This document shows, piece by piece, positions 28,467-32,774 of a stretch of 32,774 nt of DNA; position 1 is the first letter of the stretch, and every line of letters begins with the position of its first letter. Origin of the DNA: Nitrososphaeraceae archaeon (GTDB taxonomy: Archaea; Thermoproteota; Nitrososphaeria; Nitrososphaerales; Nitrososphaeraceae); assembly GCA_025936955.1 (NCBI GenBank), contig JAICSL010000001.1, positions 1 to 32,774 on the forward strand, read 5' to 3'. A program made the translations under genes and the position numbers. Under the pieces are notes generated by a model, which was given only the letters and a program-made list of their open reading frames with translations, was not told the DNA's origin and made no database searches.

Positions 28467-28916
28467 ATGAAAAACGAAACTTGTGTATTTTGTGCAATTA
28501 TTGAAAGAAATATGTCGGCAGCCGTTATCTATGAAGATTCTAATTTTTTAGTACTTCTGGACAAATATCCCATAAATTTGGGACATACCCTTGTTATACC
28601 TAAATTACACTATGATAACTTGTTGGGAATGCCTAGTCGCGAGGTTGGGTCCTTGTATTCGCTCGTTCCGAAGATAGCAAAAGCAGTGACTGAGGCAGTA
28701 CATGCAGATGGATTCAACGTAGGACAAAACAATGGAAAAGCCGCAAACCAAATTGTACCACACGTTCATGTACATATAATCCCACGATTCAATTGTGACA
28801 GTCCCAACGGCAAATGGCCAGGTCGACAACTGATTTCATTTGAGGAGCTTTTAATTGTAGCAGAAAAAATCAAACCCTTTCTAGACTTTTCTTCACTTGG
28901 AGATTTATATCCATAG
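28467..28916 (+). CDS. HIT family nucleotide hydrolase
   Basis: CVFCAII, GHTLVIPK.H, NNG..ANQIVPHVHVHIIPR. Confidence 0.95.
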   Translation: MKNETCVFCAIIERNMSAAVIYEDSNFLVLLDKYPINLGHTLVIPKLHYDNLLGMPSREVGSLYSLVPKIAKAVTEAVHADGFNVGQNNGKAANQIVPHVHVHIIPRFNCDSPNGKWPGRQLISFEELLIVAEKIKPFLDFSSLGDLYP

Positions 28917-28992
28917 TTCTAGAAAAGGCCAAATCATAATATTATGTAAAATTAACATCATACTTTTAATATATCTTCTAACTGATTAAATT

Positions 28993-29550
28993 ATGGTAAA
29001 GACTCCCTCTAGCAGAATTCTAAAAACAGGGCAACTCTCCCCCCAATTTACACTGATTGGGGTAGACGGGAAGACACATTCAATGAGGGATTCTCAAAGC
29101 ACAACCCTATTAATAGTCTTCATATGCAATCATTGTCCTTATGTTAAAGCAAGAATTGGAGATCTTATAGACCTGCAATCGCATTTTGATCCTTTAGAAC
29201 TTCAGGTCCTAGCAATTAATAGCAATGATCCTAACTACAACGGAGAAGGTTTTGATAATATGAAGAGATTTGCAGTCGAAAATAATTTTAATTTTCCTTA
29301 TTTATTTGATAAAACACAAGAAATTGCAAGATCATTTGGTGCCGTTTGTACTCCTGATCCTTTCCTTTTCGATAAGGACAGAAGATTAGTATATCATGGA
29401 AAAATTAATGATGCACTGGAACCTGGGATGACACCTACAGAGAGGACTATTGAAGAGAATATAAAAAAAGTTCTAAGAGGAGAGAAGATACAAAAGGATT
29501 TTGATCCTTCGGTAGGCTGTTCTATAAAATGGATTGAAAACAATAATTAA
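28993..29550 (+). CDS. Thioredoxin-like / AhpC-TSA family protein
   Basis: FICNHCPYVK, INSND, FPYLFD.TQ.IA..FGA.CTPDPFLFD, GCSIKW. Confidence 0.92.
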   Translation: MVKTPSSRILKTGQLSPQFTLIGVDGKTHSMRDSQSTTLLIVFICNHCPYVKARIGDLIDLQSHFDPLELQVLAINSNDPNYNGEGFDNMKRFAVENNFNFPYLFDKTQEIARSFGAVCTPDPFLFDKDRRLVYHGKINDALEPGMTPTERTIEENIKKVLRGEKIQKDFDPSVGCSIKWIENNN

Positions 29551-29552
29551 CT

Positions 29553-31430
29553 TCATCCATATTGGAAGTTGATCCCTTTGTCTCCTCTCGGGTGCCTCCA
29601 CTCAGTTTGTTTAGCGCAACTCCCACACTCAATACAACCTTCATGCTGAAGTGTCACTTCTTCTTTTTCTATGCTATAACACTTCGTTGGACACAATGTG
29701 ACCATTTTTTTCATAAATTCGTCTCGCGGATTTAAAACCCGGATATGTGACAATGAATCGTCGTCATATCTCAATTTTGCTATCCGCTCTGCTATGGTAG
29801 GAATTGTGGGAAAGTAACTTGATCCTATCTGCTTACCCAATTTTTCGGCGATTTCTATGGGTACATTCACATAAGTTTCTTCTGATTCTACTAATGGTAA
29901 GAGGCGGTCATATCCTAAAATATTTGCGAGTCCTACTGCAAGGCCTCTAAAAGTATTGCTTGACATCAATTTGAAGATCATGCCGTACCTTGAGCCTACA
30001 ATATCTTTTGGAACATCTTTTGCAGCATCCAAGAATATCTTTAGATAACCTTTATCAATCTCTTTCATATCTCTAGTATAAGGACTAGATTCTATGGAAT
30101 TAGAATAATATTCCCCTGCATATTCATTACTAAAATTATTTCTATCTATTGCCCGCGATAAGGCACTTGCTGCTCTCGCAGCATCATCGATTCCCACATT
30201 CAAGCCTTCAATCCTTGGGCCGATAAATATGCCCCGGCCAGCTGCGTCACCTATAAATAAAATATTTTTATAATAAGGTTTTTTCATTCTGCAACGTTTT
30301 CCATCAGGAACTAATTTTGCACTATATTCAAGCTCGACATAATCTGTCATAAACTTTGTTTTATATTTGCTGCTAAGTTCATACTGAATGGAATCGATTC
30401 TTGCGTTTATCTCCTCATCAGACTTAAACTTTCCACTCTCAAGAAGTTTGGTCCTTCCTGTAGGAGAATAATATGCGTGCCGAATCTCCTGCCAAGTTTT
30501 TATTAGTTTGCTAACAGCAAATCTAGTCCTCAGTTGCTCTTCTTTAGGCAGATTCTTATCAATTTCTTCTTTTACTGCAATTTCGTCTTTTATAAATTCC
30601 CTGACAAGTGGATTTTTTATGAGTTCATTAATAAGCGTATAAGGTTCTACTGGTTTATCTAGTAATGAATCGTAATGATAAACTGCACCGACTGATAAAG
30701 TATCTCGATTCGTATAAACAAACCCACCCCCTATATGGTTTAAAGTGATGTCTCCTGCAAAAAGATGGGCCGCGCCTTCATCAGAACCTATTTCAAATCT
30801 CTTTTCTATTATCTCTTCAGGTAACTTGACGACGACCTTAACCCCTTGGTACAAATCCCCAGGTGAAAACTTTTCTCTAGCTCCGGTCATTTCAGCGATT
30901 TCTGAATTAACACCATCAGCAGCTATTACTGCCTTTACTTCAAATTGGTCTAATTCATTTGTTTGAATAATGGTCTTATCATTGCCTTCGTCCCAAAACA
31001 CAGATTGTACGTGCACTCCTGAAACTATTCCTCCTCCTTGTCGTTCTGCACTTTCTCCTGCTTCCTTTGCAAACCAGGAGTTGAGCTTATTCAAGAGAAC
31101 AGAATAACCGAAGTTAGAATTGTATTCATGGGCAGGAGTGAGATCGATAGAAAATACTTTATCTTTCGATGTTGCATGCAAAATATACTTAGTGATTAAC
31201 CTTTCAACCGGAGCATCAGTAAGAAAGTCCTGTCCATAAATATCTTCAACGTTCGTTACTCCCCCTGCTTTGGGTTTCTTTGAATATAATATGCCGCCCG
31301 AGATGTTCTTTGTGCCTGCAGATCTACCTGCCTCTATTAAAACAGCTTGTTTACCTAAGTTGGATAGTTCCTTTAACGCGGCTAGTCCAGCTGATCCTCC
31401 ACCGATTATAGCAATATCAAAATGTTCCAA
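29553..31430 (-). CDS. fixC: FixC-type FAD oxidoreductase (ETF:quinone oxidoreductase-like) fused to a C-terminal FixX-like ferredoxin
   Basis: GGGSAG, KNISGG, AADGVNS, GGGFVYTNRDTLSVG, EYSAKLVPDG, IGDAAG. C-terminus CPTKCY...GCIECGSC....WRHPRG.KGI.FQYG. Confidence 0.9.
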   Translation of the reverse strand: MEHFDIAIIGGGSAGLAALKELSNLGKQAVLIEAGRSAGTKNISGGILYSKKPKAGGVTNVEDIYGQDFLTDAPVERLITKYILHATSKDKVFSIDLTPAHEYNSNFGYSVLLNKLNSWFAKEAGESAERQGGGIVSGVHVQSVFWDEGNDKTIIQTNELDQFEVKAVIAADGVNSEIAEMTGAREKFSPGDLYQGVKVVVKLPEEIIEKRFEIGSDEGAAHLFAGDITLNHIGGGFVYTNRDTLSVGAVYHYDSLLDKPVEPYTLINELIKNPLVREFIKDEIAVKEEIDKNLPKEEQLRTRFAVSKLIKTWQEIRHAYYSPTGRTKLLESGKFKSDEEINARIDSIQYELSSKYKTKFMTDYVELEYSAKLVPDGKRCRMKKPYYKNILFIGDAAGRGIFIGPRIEGLNVGIDDAARAASALSRAIDRNNFSNEYAGEYYSNSIESSPYTRDMKEIDKGYLKIFLDAAKDVPKDIVGSRYGMIFKLMSSNTFRGLAVGLANILGYDRLLPLVESEETYVNVPIEIAEKLGKQIGSSYFPTIPTIAERIAKLRYDDDSLSHIRVLNPRDEFMKKMVTLCPTKCYSIEKEEVTLQHEGCIECGSCAKQTEWRHPRGDKGINFQYG

Positions 31431-31432
31431 TT

Positions 31433-32641
31433 CTAGGCCTGCACCTTTACGAGCATCTTTTGAGCTTTTATTTCTTCGATCAATAGGGGTATAACGTCTT
31501 CCATTCGTCCCTTAATGAAAATATCACATTCGTTTTTTATAGGGGCGTCTCCATCAGGATTTATTGCAACTACAAATTCTGAGTCCTTCATTCCCGCGAT
31601 ATGTTGAGTAGCTCCACTAATTCCAACAGCAATATAAAGTAAGGGTATGACTTTTCTACCACTAGTCCCTATGACTCTCTCAGGAACCATATATTGCGAA
31701 CTAATATTCTCGCTTATATCCAAATATGGTTTTTTAGAGATTGGTAAAGAGACTCCGATTTCCGCGTCTAACTCTTTTGCCAAATCTTGAATTAATTTAA
31801 TATTAGCTTCAGGATTATCTTTTATTCCTCGACCAAAACTCACCACTGCTTTACGACTATCAAAGTCAACCTTGCTCTTTATGATTTTTCTACTTAGTAT
31901 CTTGACCTGCAAATCCTTCTCGCTAAAACGTGGATTATATTCTACTATTATACCAGTTCTGCTAATATCACGCTGGAGAGGTTGAAAGACGCCAGGAATA
32001 ATGCTACAAGCTTGAGGATGATATTCTCGCTCGTTTGTTGGACTTCGATTATCAAGACATAGAATAGTTGTCCATAGGAAGCCTGAGAAGTCAGGTCTGT
32101 ACATTTCAAGTGTCTTCTCGTATTTTATCGGCACACCTTTTGTCTTATGCTCATGCTTAATTTCAAGATCTTCAATGACGAGTTTGTTTATATCTGATGC
32201 AAGACCCGACTCTAGATCTGCTAAAACTGTTGAAGACAGATGTCTGCCTATACTATCCGCAGCAAAAAACATATATCTTGGCTTTTGACACTTTTCAGCA
32301 TATTCTGGAGAGATTTTGGCAATACAAGTTTTATCACAGGCAATCTGGCTTATTATCTTTGTATCGATTAAGTTTCTATGGTACTTCAGCTCCGGACTCT
32401 CAGCATAGACGATTGCATCTGCCCCATAGTATAACAACTCTTCACACATGCTCCGAACATTCTCTCCTAGCACGACAGCAACCACCTTTTCACTAGATGA
32501 GTATTTTTCGTTAAAGGTATCCATGAGCCTTCTTGCCTCACCAAGCATTTCTAGACTCACGAGGACAGGTTTCCCGTCTTCATGCTCTATTATAACGTAC
32601 AGATTCCTATAACTGCCCTCACTATTTGAAGGTAATGTCAT
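31433..32641 (-). CDS. fixB: Electron transfer flavoprotein alpha subunit / FixB
   Basis: SLEMLGEARRL, YGAD, SGLASDI..L, RPDFSG, SFGRGI, LYIAVGISGATQH.AGM..S..VVAINPD..API. Confidence 0.92.
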   Translation of the reverse strand: MTLPSNSEGSYRNLYVIIEHEDGKPVLVSLEMLGEARRLMDTFNEKYSSSEKVVAVVLGENVRSMCEELLYYGADAIVYAESPELKYHRNLIDTKIISQIACDKTCIAKISPEYAEKCQKPRYMFFAADSIGRHLSSTVLADLESGLASDINKLVIEDLEIKHEHKTKGVPIKYEKTLEMYRPDFSGFLWTTILCLDNRSPTNEREYHPQACSIIPGVFQPLQRDISRTGIIVEYNPRFSEKDLQVKILSRKIIKSKVDFDSRKAVVSFGRGIKDNPEANIKLIQDLAKELDAEIGVSLPISKKPYLDISENISSQYMVPERVIGTSGRKVIPLLYIAVGISGATQHIAGMKDSEFVVAINPDGDAPIKNECDIFIKGRMEDVIPLLIEEIKAQKMLVKVQA

Positions 32642-32774
32642 TTTATTATTGGCTCCGCTAAGATCTCATTGAATTTAATGGCAGCTTTACGAATCTCCTC
32701 TTTATCATTTCCATCTATAATTTTGGTGTTTCTGCTAGCTTTTGCCTTCGGGATCATTTCGACTTTATATACTA
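32638..32774 (-). CDS. fixA: Electron transfer flavoprotein beta subunit / FixA, C-terminal fragment
   Basis: Open frame from the window edge: VYKVEMIPKAKASRNTKIIDGNDKEEIRKAAIKFNEILAEPIIK*. Its TGA overlaps the fixB ATG (ATGA), and the position fits fixABC order. Confidence 0.75.
   Translation of the reverse strand, partial: VYKVEMIPKAKASRNTKIIDGNDKEEIRKAAIKFNEILAEPIIK

Noticed and set aside
2206..32496. Remaining short track ORFs nested in or antisense to well-supported genes (e.g. 7063-7569, 8055-8582, 12114-12512, 20983-21342, 32197-32496)
   Set aside because: Shadow frames of established CDSs with no independent evidence.
1..32774. Mobile elements, CRISPR arrays, rRNA or canonical tRNA genes
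   Set aside because: No transposase or integrase motifs, terminal inverted repeats, regularly spaced repeats or GC-rich structured RNA segments were seen by eye.

Overview
AT-rich archaeal chromosome segment. Gene content and protein style point to an ammonia-oxidising archaeon (Nitrososphaerota, probably Nitrososphaerales); this is inferred from the PsbP-like protein, cupredoxin, stand-alone Lrp ligand-binding domain, small Zn-finger proteins and EndA type. Most of it is housekeeping: FBP aldolase/phosphatase (partial), sucCD, endA, DUF47, hom, aCPSF1, site-2 protease, rps8e, scpAB, valS, HIT, a thioredoxin-like protein and a fixA(partial)-fixB-fixC/X operon. A small glycosylation set and several wHTH or Zn-finger genes are interspersed. 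I found no rRNA, canonical tRNA, CRISPR array or transposase. The best candidate for something new is the 606-aa tandem SDR (10664-12484). Its YxxRxxY motif, PGPV.xDR motif, helical insert and degenerate second SDR domain resemble the C-terminal (malonyl-CoA to malonate semialdehyde) half of Chloroflexus-type malonyl-CoA reductase, which would make it a candidate for an acyl-CoA reductase step of the thaumarchaeal 3HP/4HB cycle. It has YxxxQ in place of YxxxK. Other points: an ETF alpha subunit lacking conserved flavin-contact residues, a FixC-FixX fusion with one Fe-S site, an unannotated 46-aa C2H2 microprotein just downstream of aCPSF1, and a frameshifted UPF0147 pseudogene. All family assignments come from motif recognition by eye; no searches were run.
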